Shown here: piece after piece, positions 16,028 to 26,135 of the stretch | Numbering within the stretch: position 1 is the stretch's first letter | Layout: every line of letters begins with the position of its first letter | Assembly (NCBI RefSeq): GCF_000195955.2 | Contig: NC_000962.3 | Span: forward strand, 1,020,001 to 1,052,000 | Direction of reading: 5' to 3' | Source of the DNA: Mycobacterium tuberculosis H37Rv | GTDB taxonomy: Bacteria > Actinomycetota > Actinomycetes > Mycobacteriales > Mycobacteriaceae | Length of the DNA: 32,000 bases | Position numbers and translations under genes: made by a program | The notes under the pieces: model-generated | Seen by the model: the letters and a program-made list of their open reading frames with translations, nothing else | Databases searched by the model: none | What the model was told of the DNA's origin: nothing

Positions 16028-17002
16028 GTGGTCACCGAGCCGCTCACAAAGCCGGCGCTAGTGGCGGTCGACATGCGCCCCGCGCGGCGCGGCGAGCGGC
16101 TGTTCAAGCTGGCCGCGTCGGCCGCCGGTTCGACGATCGTCATCGCAATCCTGCTGATCGCGATATTCCTGTTGGTCCGCGCCGTGCCGTCGTTGCGGGC
16201 GAATCACGCCAATTTCTTCACCAGTACCCAATTCGACACGTCGGACGATGAGCAGCTGGCGTTTGGTGTCCGGGACTTGTTCATGGTCACGGCGTTGAGT
16301 TCGATAACGGCTCTGGTGTTGGCGGTGCCGGTGGCTGTCGGGATCGCGGTGTTCCTCACCCACTACGCGCCGAGGAGACTGTCGCGTCCATTCGGCGCGA
16401 TGGTGGATCTACTGGCCGCAGTGCCGTCGATCATCTTCGGGTTGTGGGGGATCTTTGTGCTGGCGCCCAAGCTCGAGCCGATCGCGAGGTTTCTCAATCG
16501 CAACTTGGGCTGGTTGTTCCTGTTTAAGCAGGGCAACGTGTCGTTGGCCGGCGGCGGCACGATTTTCACCGCGGGCATCGTGCTGTCGGTGATGATCCTG
16601 CCTATCGTCACATCGATATCACGCGAAGTGTTCCGGCAGACTCCGCTGATCCAAATCGAAGCAGCGCTGGCGCTAGGCGCGACGAAATGGGAGGTAGTGC
16701 GGATGACCGTGCTGCCATACGGGCGAAGCGGGGTGGTCGCGGCCTCCATGCTGGGTTTGGGGCGGGCTCTGGGCGAAACCGTGGCCGTGCTGGTCATCCT
16801 GCGCTCGGCCGCGCGGCCGGGGACCTGGTCGCTGTTCGACGGCGGTTATACGTTCGCTTCCAAGATCGCCTCCGCTGCTTCAGAATTCAGCGAACCGCTG
16901 CCGACCGGAGCCTATATTTCGGCGGGATTTGCGTTATTCGTGCTGACGTTCCTGGTCAATGCGGCCGCTCGCGCAATCGCCGGCGGGAAGGTCAACGGGT
17001 GA
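16028..17002 (+). CDS. pstC2: Phosphate ABC transporter permease PstC2
   Basis: 324-aa multi-TM permease containing the EAA-loop region [15 protein letters not shown]. Confidence 0.9.
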
Positions 17003-17925
17003 GTCCCTCAATGAGCATCGAGGCGCTCGACCAGCCGGTAAAGCCGGTGGTGTTTCGTCCGCTTACGCTGCGACGGCGGATCAAAAACAGCGTCGCGACA
17101 ACGTTTTTCTTCACCTCGTTCGTGGTCGCGTTGATACCGTTGGTCTGGCTGCTTTGGGTGGTGATTGCCCGGGGTTGGTTTGCCGTCACCCGATCGGGCT
17201 GGTGGACCCACTCGCTGCGCGGCGTGCTGCCAGAGCAATTCGCCGGTGGGGTGTATCACGCCCTGTACGGCACGCTGGTGCAGGCCGGGGTGGCCGCCGT
17301 GCTGGCCGTGCCGCTGGGCTTGATGACCGCGGTTTACCTAGTGGAATACGGGACTGGTCGAATGTCGCGGGTGACTACCTTCACCGTCGACGTGCTTGCC
17401 GGCGTGCCCTCTATCGTGGCGGCGTTATTCGTCTTCAGCCTGTGGATCGCCACCCTAGGATTTCAGCAGAGCGCCTTTGCCGTGGCGTTGGCGTTGGTCC
17501 TGCTGATGTTGCCGGTGGTGGTTCGGGCAGGCGAGGAGATGCTCAGGTTGGTGCCCGATGAACTGCGAGAAGCCAGCTACGCGTTAGGCGTTCCGAAATG
17601 GAAGACGATCGTGCGGATCGTCGCCCCGATCGCGATGCCGGGCATCGTGTCAGGCATCTTGTTGTCCATCGCGCGCGTCGTCGGTGAAACCGCACCGGTT
17701 CTGGTGCTGGTCGGGTACAGCCACTCCATCAACCTCGACGTCTTCCACGGCAACATGGCCTCGCTGCCGTTGCTGATCTACACCGAACTCACCAATCCCG
17801 AGCACGCCGGCTTCCTGCGCGTCTGGGGCGCGGCGCTGACCCTGATCATCGTGGTCGCCACGATCAACCTGGCCGCGGCGATGATCCGGTTCGTCGCAAC
17901 CCGACGGCGGCGACTCCCGTTATGA
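16999..17925 (+). CDS. pstA1: Phosphate ABC transporter permease PstA1
   Basis: The GTG at 16999 overlaps the pstC2 stop (GTGA). It is a 308-aa permease with the EAA-loop [15 protein letters not shown]. The longer ORF-track extension (from 16687) overlaps pstC2 in another frame. Confidence 0.88.
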
Positions 17926-19914
17926 CGTGAGTTTCACCACTCGGTCGTTGCCGCGGTCGGCGACGTAGACGGTCCGGTCGCTGTCCACTGCCACCGCGAG
18001 GGGGGTGTTGAGGCCGGTGAACGGTAGCACTGTCGAGGTGGTCGACCCGGCCAGGAGTTTGACCACCTGGTTTGTGTTGTGCTCGGTGACGTAGACGGTT
18101 CCGGCTTCGTCCACCGCGATGCCCCACGGTGCGGTGATATCCGTGAATGGCAGCACGACCTGGTTATTCGACTCGGCCTCTAGCTTGACAACCCTGTTGT
18201 TGTCGGTGTCGGTGACATAGACGTTGCCGGAGTTGTCGACGGCCACCCCGTCGGGGTCGTTGAGGCCGGTGAACGGCAGCACGGTCTGGGTCTTGGATCC
18301 GGCCGCCAACTTCACCACCCTGTTGTTGCCCCGGTCGGCGACGTATACCGCACCCTGGGTATCCACCGCGAGACCTTCGGGGTAGTTGAGGCCGTCGAAC
18401 GGTAGCACGGTCTGGTTGTTGGACCCGGCCGCTAACGTCACCACCCGGTTGTTGAAATCGGTGACGTATACGGTGCCAGCGCCGTCCACCGCCAACCCCT
18501 GCGGCTGGTACAGCCCGTTGAACGGTAACACCGTCGTGCCGGTTGACCCGGTGGCCAACTTGACCACTCGGCCGTACATGCCCTCACTGGTGACGTACAC
18601 GTTGCCGGCGCTGTCCACTGCCACCCCACTCGGCGAGAGGCGGAAGTCGATGCCGGTGAACGGCAACACGGTCTGTCCGGATGCCTGCGTCGGCGACCAC
18701 GAAGGTCGTAAGACCAGGTAGCCGGCGGCGGCGACGATGGCCACCAGTACGATCGCGGCAGCGCCGACGACGGCCCACACCTTCCGTTTGTTGCCGGCCG
18801 GCGGCACAGCGTGTCCCAGGGAGGCCTGGAGCGCATTCGGGACGGCAGGGGAGTGTCCGGTTTGGCTGGGCCAGTTCCCGCCGCGGCTGTCCGCTGCCAG
18901 GGGTCCGGCCACGGTCGCGGAGTCCCCGGGCGACCATCGGGCAGCACCCGGGGTCGGTGGGCCGGTGCCCGCCCCGGCAATGCCGGACTCGGACTGGCTC
19001 AAGCCCGTATCGGCCGGAGTGGCCAGCAAGGTTGCGTTGTCACCGCGCCGCAGAATCGTCGTGGCCTGGTGTTGCTCGGATGTGGTGAGTGCGTCATGGG
19101 CGGCGATGGCCAGATCACCAGCGCTCATAAAGCGCTCCGCGGGGTTTTTGGCCATGCCTTTGGCGATCACCTGATCCAGGGCCGGCGGCACGCGCCCGGG
19201 CCGTAGCTGGCTGGGCTGCGGGGCAGGGTCCATTAGATGCGCGGCGATCAACCGCTCAACGCTGTCGGCCCGATACGGTGGGGCACCGGTCAAACACTCA
19301 CCCAACACGCACGCCAACGCATAGATATCTGCGCGATAGGTGACCTCATCGCCGGTGAACCGCTCCGGGGCCATGTAGTTGTAGGTTCCCACGGCGGTCC
19401 CGGTCTGGGTCAGCCCCGGGTCGGAGGCGGCACGGGCAATACCGAAATCGACCAGATAGGCGAAGTCGCTCGCGGTGACCAGAATGTTTTCCGGTTTTAC
19501 GTCGCGGTGCGTTACGCCGTTGGCATGCGCGGCATCCAAAGCGGCGGCGATCTGGCGCACGATGGCCACAGCTCGGGCCGGGGTCAGCGGACCATACTGT
19601 TTCAATAGGGCGCGTAAAGAGGTGCCGTCGATCATGCGCATTTCGACAAAGAACTGTCCGTTGATCTCGCCGTAGTCATGGATCGGCACGATGTGTGGCT
19701 CGGTCAGCCGTCCCGCGGTGTCGGCCTCGCGTTGCATCCGTGCTCGAAACACCGCATTGTCGGAGTACTGCGGCGAGATCAACTTCAGCGCCACCACCCG
19801 GTGCTTGCGGGTGTCCTCGGCCTCATAAACCTCGCCCATCCCGCCTCGGCCCAGCAGCCGCAATAGCTGATACGGCCCAAATTGCGACCCTACCTGCGGA
19901 ACGGCATCGCTCAC
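17920..19914 (-). CDS. pknD: Transmembrane Ser/Thr protein kinase PknD with an extracellular six-bladed NHL beta-propeller
   Basis: Hanks kinase motifs are present (GRGGMGEVY, VALK, HRDVKPEN, DFG, APE). There is a single TM (about aa 379-402) followed by six NHL repeats. It is an intact 664-aa frame. Confidence 0.95.
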   Translation of the reverse strand: MSDAVPQVGSQFGPYQLLRLLGRGGMGEVYEAEDTRKHRVVALKLISPQYSDNAVFRARMQREADTAGRLTEPHIVPIHDYGEINGQFFVEMRMIDGTSLRALLKQYGPLTPARAVAIVRQIAAALDAAHANGVTHRDVKPENILVTASDFAYLVDFGIARAASDPGLTQTGTAVGTYNYMAPERFTGDEVTYRADIYALACVLGECLTGAPPYRADSVERLIAAHLMDPAPQPSQLRPGRVPPALDQVIAKGMAKNPAERFMSAGDLAIAAHDALTTSEQHQATTILRRGDNATLLATPADTGLSQSESGIAGAGTGPPTPGAARWSPGDSATVAGPLAADSRGGNWPSQTGHSPAVPNALQASLGHAVPPAGNKRKVWAVVGAAAIVLVAIVAAAGYLVLRPSWSPTQASGQTVLPFTGIDFRLSPSGVAVDSAGNVYVTSEGMYGRVVKLATGSTGTTVLPFNGLYQPQGLAVDGAGTVYVTDFNNRVVTLAAGSNNQTVLPFDGLNYPEGLAVDTQGAVYVADRGNNRVVKLAAGSKTQTVLPFTGLNDPDGVAVDNSGNVYVTDTDNNRVVKLEAESNNQVVLPFTDITAPWGIAVDEAGTVYVTEHNTNQVVKLLAGSTTSTVLPFTGLNTPLAVAVDSDRTVYVADRGNDRVVKLTS
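17923..18672 (-). repeat. Six tandem NHL repeats (about 42 codons each) encoding the PknD sensor domain
   Basis: The unit VLPF(T/N/D)GLxxPxGxAVDxxGxVYVxDxxNNRVVKLAAGS recurs six times in the translated protein. Confidence 0.9.
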
Positions 19915-19935
19915 CGTCGAATTCCCTTCACTAGG

Positions 19936-21048
19936 TCAAGAAATAGCATTCACCGCGGCCGCCAATTTTGCTTGGAACGATTTGGGCAACGGAATGGAGC
20001 CGTATTGGTCCAGGCCTTCTTGGCCTGGACCAATCGCGGCTTGCATAAACGCCCTTACCGCAGTACCGGTCGTCGCATCCGGGTATTTCGAGCAGACGAT
20101 CTCATAGGTCGCCAGCACGATCGGGTAAGAGCCAGGCTGGGTGGGCCTGTAGAACGACGACGTGTCCAATACCAGGTCGTTGCCTTGTCCCATGATCTTG
20201 GCCCCGGCGATTGTCTTGCCGACCGACTCGGTGGTGATCGCCACTGGATCCGGACCCGCCGACGTGATGATCTGGGCCATGTTCAACTGCTTACCCACCG
20301 CAAACGACCACTCGTTGTAGGTGATCGACCCGTCGGTCGTCTGCAGTAGGGCCGACGTGCCGTTGTTCCCGCTGGCGCCGACGCCGACGCCCCCGTTGAA
20401 CGTTTCGCTGGCGCCTTTGCCCCACGCCCCGTTGGATGCGCCGTCGAGGTATTTCTGGAAGTTGTCCGACGTACCGGACTTGTCGCTGCGGAAGATAACG
20501 CTAATCGGTGTTGGCGGCAGGTCGGTGCCGGAGTTGAGGGCTTGGATCTGTGGATCATTCCACACGGTGATGGTGCCGTTGAAAATCTTGGCGGTAGTGG
20601 GTCCGTCAAGATTCAGCGTGCTCACGCCCTTGATATTGTAGGTGATCGCGATCGGGCCGAACACCGTCGGCAGGTCCCATGCCGGGGAACCGCACCGCTC
20701 CGCCGACCGGTCAGGTTGACCGGTCGACGGATTCAACGGGACATCCGAGCCGGCGAAATCGGTTTCGTTGTTGAGAAACTGGGTCACCCCGGCACCGGAC
20801 CCGTTGGCGTTGTAGTCCAACGTGTAGCCCGGGCACGATCGCACGTAGGCATAGACGAACTGCTCCATGGCATTTTCTTGTGCGGTCGAGCCGCTGGAGT
20901 GGAGCTCCTTCTTGCCGCCGCAGTGCACCGACCCAGACGTGCCGCCTGCGCCTGACGACGAGCTGTTGGTGCCACCGCCGCATGCTGTCAACACCAGTGT
21001 GCCGGCGGCCAACAGGCTTACCGCTGCGCCGGATCGGGCGAACTTCAC
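19936..21048 (-). CDS. pstS2: Phosphate-binding lipoprotein PstS2
   Basis: 370 aa with the lipobox LVLTAC. It is a paralogue of the other two PstS proteins, and lies 21 bp upstream of and co-oriented with pknD. Confidence 0.92.
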
Positions 21049-21263
21049 GCAACTCCTCTCGAGGGGGTCGTGGTGGCGGATCCACTCGCCACCGGTGGTC
21101 GCCGAGCCACCGACCCGGGGTCGGTATTCGAGCCGTCACCGTTGTGCATCGAAAGAGGTCTGATCATTGAAATCCTAGCGTTCAGGAGGGGCCGCTGATA
21201 CTGAGGGTCGACGGCGCGCTTTGTCCAAGGAGCATCCCAAGGAGCATGTAGTACCCTGCGCCG

Positions 21264-22094
21264 ATGGCGTGTGAACGGCTCGGCGGCCAGAGCGGTGCTG
21301 CTGATGTCGACGCCGCTGCGCCGGCGATGGCGGCGGTGAACCTCACCCTGGGTTTCGCTGGCAAAACCGTGCTCGACCAGGTGAGTATGGGCTTTCCCGC
21401 TCGTGCGGTGACGTCGTTGATGGGACCGACCGGTTCAGGTAAGACGACTTTTTTGCGCACCCTAAACCGGATGAATGACAAGGTCTCCGGTTACCGCTAC
21501 AGCGGTGATGTGCTGTTGGGCGGACGCAGCATCTTCAACTACCGCGACGTGCTGGAGTTTCGCCGCCGGGTTGGCATGCTGTTCCAGCGCCCGAATCCGT
21601 TCCCGATGTCAATCATGGACAACGTGCTCGCCGGCGTGCGTGCCCACAAACTGGTGCCGCGCAAGGAATTCCGTGGCGTCGCGCAGGCTCGGCTTACCGA
21701 GGTCGGCCTCTGGGACGCGGTCAAGGATCGGCTCAGCGATTCACCGTTTCGACTCTCTGGTGGTCAGCAGCAGTTGTTGTGCCTAGCCCGTACGCTTGCG
21801 GTGAATCCGGAGGTGTTGCTGCTCGACGAGCCCACCTCCGCGCTGGACCCGACTACCACCGAGAAGATCGAAGAGTTCATCCGATCGCTCGCTGATCGCC
21901 TCACGGTGATCATCGTGACCCATAACCTTGCCCAGGCCGCCCGCATCAGCGACCGGGCGGCCCTGTTCTTCGACGGCAGGCTGGTGGAGGAAGGGCCCAC
22001 CGAACAGCTGTTCTCCTCGCCGAAGCATGCGGAAACCGCCCGATACGTCGCCGGACTGTCGGGGGACGTCAAGGACGCCAAGCGCGGAAATTGA
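21264..22094 (+). CDS. pstB: Phosphate ABC transporter ATPase PstB
   Basis: Walker A GPTGSGKTT, ABC signature LSGGQQQ and Walker B LLLDEP. The start is uncertain: there is no Shine-Dalgarno near the ATG at 21264, and the in-frame ATG at 21327 begins the conserved core. Confidence 0.9.
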   Translation: MACERLGGQSGAADVDAAAPAMAAVNLTLGFAGKTVLDQVSMGFPARAVTSLMGPTGSGKTTFLRTLNRMNDKVSGYRYSGDVLLGGRSIFNYRDVLEFRRRVGMLFQRPNPFPMSIMDNVLAGVRAHKLVPRKEFRGVAQARLTEVGLWDAVKDRLSDSPFRLSGGQQQLLCLARTLAVNPEVLLLDEPTSALDPTTTEKIEEFIRSLADRLTVIIVTHNLAQAARISDRAALFFDGRLVEEGPTEQLFSSPKHAETARYVAGLSGDVKDAKRGN

Positions 22095-22114
22095 AGAGCA
22101 CAGAAAGGTATGGC

Positions 22115-23239
22115 GTGAAAATTCGTTTGCATACGCTGTTGGCCGTGTTGACCGCTGCGCCGCTGCTGCTAGCAGCGGCGGGCTGTGGCTCGAAACCACC
22201 GAGCGGTTCGCCTGAAACGGGCGCCGGCGCCGGTACTGTCGCGACTACCCCCGCGTCGTCGCCGGTGACGTTGGCGGAGACCGGTAGCACGCTGCTCTAC
22301 CCGCTGTTCAACCTGTGGGGTCCGGCCTTTCACGAGAGGTATCCGAACGTCACGATCACCGCTCAGGGCACCGGTTCTGGTGCCGGGATCGCGCAGGCCG
22401 CCGCCGGGACGGTCAACATTGGGGCCTCCGACGCCTATCTGTCGGAAGGTGATATGGCCGCGCACAAGGGGCTGATGAACATCGCGCTAGCCATCTCCGC
22501 TCAGCAGGTCAACTACAACCTGCCCGGAGTGAGCGAGCACCTCAAGCTGAACGGAAAAGTCCTGGCGGCCATGTACCAGGGCACCATCAAAACCTGGGAC
22601 GACCCGCAGATCGCTGCGCTCAACCCCGGCGTGAACCTGCCCGGCACCGCGGTAGTTCCGCTGCACCGCTCCGACGGGTCCGGTGACACCTTCTTGTTCA
22701 CCCAGTACCTGTCCAAGCAAGATCCCGAGGGCTGGGGCAAGTCGCCCGGCTTCGGCACCACCGTCGACTTCCCGGCGGTGCCGGGTGCGCTGGGTGAGAA
22801 CGGCAACGGCGGCATGGTGACCGGTTGCGCCGAGACACCGGGCTGCGTGGCCTATATCGGCATCAGCTTCCTCGACCAGGCCAGTCAACGGGGACTCGGC
22901 GAGGCCCAACTAGGCAATAGCTCTGGCAATTTCTTGTTGCCCGACGCGCAAAGCATTCAGGCCGCGGCGGCTGGCTTCGCATCGAAAACCCCGGCGAACC
23001 AGGCGATTTCGATGATCGACGGGCCCGCCCCGGACGGCTACCCGATCATCAACTACGAGTACGCCATCGTCAACAACCGGCAAAAGGACGCCGCCACCGC
23101 GCAGACCTTGCAGGCATTTCTGCACTGGGCGATCACCGACGGCAACAAGGCCTCGTTCCTCGACCAGGTTCATTTCCAGCCGCTGCCGCCCGCGGTGGTG
23201 AAGTTGTCTGACGCGTTGATCGCGACGATTTCCAGCTAG
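22115..23239 (+). CDS. pstS1: Phosphate-binding lipoprotein PstS1 (38-kDa antigen)
   Basis: The GTG at 22115 is preceded by GAAAGG. The lipobox is LLAAAGC, and the 374-aa body is PstS-type. Confidence 0.92.
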
Positions 23240-23298
23240 CCTCGTTGACCACCACGCGACAGCAACCTCCGTCGGGCCATCGGGCTGCTTTGCGGAGC

Positions 23299-24315
23299 AT
23301 GCTGGCCCGTGCCGGTGAAGTCGGCCGCGCTGGCCCGGCCATCCGGTGGTTGGGTGGGATAGGTGCGGTGATCCCGCTGCTTGCGCTGGTCTTGGTGCTG
23401 GTGGTGCTGGTCATCGAGGCGATGGGTGCGATCAGGCTCAACGGGTTGCATTTCTTCACCGCCACCGAATGGAATCCAGGCAACACCTACGGCGAAACCG
23501 TTGTCACCGACGGCGTCGCCCATCCGGTCGGCGCCTACTACGGGGCGTTGCCGCTGATCGTCGGGACGCTGGCGACCTCGGCAATCGCCCTGATCATCGC
23601 GGTGCCGGTCTCTGTAGGAGCGGCGCTGGTGATCGTGGAACGGCTGCCGAAACGGTTGGCCGAGGCTGTGGGAATAGTCCTGGAATTGCTCGCCGGAATC
23701 CCCAGCGTGGTCGTCGGTTTGTGGGGGGCAATGACGTTCGGGCCGTTCATCGCTCATCACATCGCTCCGGTGATCGCTCACAACGCTCCCGATGTGCCGG
23801 TGCTGAACTACTTGCGCGGCGACCCGGGCAACGGGGAGGGCATGTTGGTGTCCGGTCTGGTGTTGGCGGTGATGGTCGTTCCCATTATCGCCACCACCAC
23901 TCATGACCTGTTCCGGCAGGTGCCGGTGTTGCCCCGGGAGGGCGCGATCGCGCTGGGGATGTCGAATTGGGAGTGTGTCCGCAGGGTCACCCTGCCGTGG
24001 GTGTCCAGCGGCATCGTCGGTGCGGTGGTGCTAGGGCTTGGCCGTGCGCTGGGGGAGACGATGGCGGTAGCCATGGTGTCCGGCGCGGTGCTGGGGGCCA
24101 TGCCCGCCAACATCTACGCGACCATGACCACCATCGCCGCCACCATCGTGTCGCAGCTGGATTCGGCGATGACCGATTCCACCAACTTCGCGGTGAAGAC
24201 GCTCGCCGAGGTGGGTTTGGTGCTGATGGTGATCACGTTGCTGACTAATGTGGCCGCGCGCGGGATGGTTCGTCGGGTGTCACGCACCGCGCTTCCGGTG
24301 GGACGCGGCATCTGA
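23299..24315 (+). CDS. pstC1: Phosphate ABC transporter permease PstC1
   Basis: Multi-TM permease with the EAA-loop [16 protein letters not shown] used the ATG at 23299. A TTG at 23245 is an alternative start. Confidence 0.88.
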
Positions 24316-24316
24316 C

Positions 24317-25222
24317 ATGGGCGAATCGGCTGAGTCCGGGTCCCGGCAGCTACCGGCGATGTCCCCGCCGCGGCGATCGGTAGCCTATCGGCGCAAGATC
24401 GTCGATGCCCTGTGGTGGGCGGCGTGCGTGTGTTGTCTGGCGGTGGTGATCACCCCGACGTTGTGGATGTTGATCGGAGTCGTCAGCCGCGCTGTACCGG
24501 TTTTCCACTGGAGTGTGCTGGTGCAGGACTCCCAGGGCAATGGCGGCGGCTTGCGCAACGCCATCATCGGTACCGCAGTGTTGGCCATCGGGGTGATCCT
24601 GGTGGGTGGCACGGTGAGTGTGTTGACCGGGATTTATCTGTCCGAATTCGCCACCGGCAAAACACGGTCCATTCTGCGCGGCGCCTACGAGGTGTTGTCC
24701 GGTATTCCGTCGATCGTGCTCGGCTACGTCGGCTATTTGGCCCTGGTGGTGTACTTCGATTGGGGGTTTTCGCTGGCGGCCGGGGTGTTGGTGCTGTCGG
24801 TGATGAGCATTCCCTACATCGCCAAGGCCACCGAGTCCGCGCTGGCCCAGGTGCCGACGTCGTATCGGGAAGCGGCTGAGGCACTCGGGTTACCAGCCGG
24901 CTGGGCGCTGCGCAAGATCGTGCTGAAGACGGCGATGCCCGGAATCGTCACCGGGATGTTGGTCGCGCTGGCCCTGGCGATCGGCGAGACGGCGCCGCTG
25001 CTGTACACGGCGGGGTGGTCGAATTCGCCGCCGACCGGACAACTCACCGACTCGCCGGTCGGCTACCTGACCTACCCAATTTGGACGTTCTACAACCAGC
25101 CATCCAAGTCGGCTCAGGATCTGTCCTATGACGCGGCTCTCTTGCTGATCGTGTTCCTGCTGCTATTGATCTTCATTGGCCGGTTGATCAACTGGCTGTC
25201 ACGGAGGCGTTGGGACGTTTGA
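24317..25222 (+). CDS. pstA2: Phosphate ABC transporter permease PstA2
   Basis: The ATG lies 1 nt after the pstC1 stop. It is a 301-aa permease with the EAA-loop [15 protein letters not shown]. Confidence 0.88.
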
Positions 25223-26020
25223 GTTGGCCTTCGAGCGCGCCTTCACGCTGGCCTCCAGCTTGGCGAGCAGGTCGGAGACGTCTTCGGGCTCGTCCAGCAA
25301 CCTCGGTTGGTCCTCGGCGGTAAATGCCTGCCCACCTTCGAGTTTGGTGTCGATCAGCTCCTGTAACTGCTCCTGGTAGGTGTCGTGGTAGCGGTCCGGA
25401 TTGAAGTCGTCGGCCATCGAGTCCACCACCTGGCCGGCCATCTTGAGTTCCGCGGGTTTGATCTCCACCTTCTGGTCCAGCACCGGGAAGTCGGGGTCGC
25501 GGATCTCATCGGGCCACAGCAACGTGTGCACCATCATCACCTCTCGCTTGCCGAAATCCTTGACGCGCAACGCCGCCAGCCTGGTCTTGTTGCGCAGCGT
25601 GAAATGCACGATCGCCATCCGGTCGGTCTCGGCGAGTGTCTTAGCCAGCAGCACATACGATTTCGACGACTTCGAATCAGGCTCCAAAAAGTAGCTGCGG
25701 TCGAACATCATCGGGTCCACGTCGGCGGCGGGGACGAACTCCAACACCTCGATCTCCCGGCTGCGTTCTTCAGGCAAGCTGGCGATGTCGTCGTCGGTGA
25801 TCGCCACCATTTGGCCGTCGCCGGACTCGTAGGCCCGGGCAAGATCGCGGTAGTCGACCACCTCGCCACACGCCTCGCAGACGCGCTTGTACCGGATGCG
25901 TCCGTTGTCCTTGGCGTGCACCTGGTGGAACCTGATGTCGTGGTCTGCGGTAGCGCTGTACACCTTGACCGGCACGTTCACCAGCCCGAAGGCGATCGAA
26001 CCCGTCCAAATGGCTCGCAT
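25199..26020 (-). CDS. mku: Ku homologue (NHEJ DNA end-binding protein)
   Basis: [24 protein letters not shown] is the canonical bacterial Ku N-terminus. The protein is 273 aa with a basic C-terminal tail. Its 3' end overlaps pstA2 by 24 bp (convergent). Confidence 0.93.
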
Positions 26021-26135
26021 GTAAGTGAGTATGCCTTGATTGTCCGCGAGCGGAACGTCACGGCGAAATTCCACGCGATATTTGACCGTGACGTTACGCT
26101 CGCGACTTGTGTGACCGACAGGCTACGTTGAAAGC

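Noticed and set aside
16687-16998. 104-codon N-terminal extension of the pstA1 ORF
   Set aside because: It overlaps pstC2 in another frame and is Arg/Gly-rich. The GTG at 16999, overlapping the pstC2 stop, gives a normal-length PstA.
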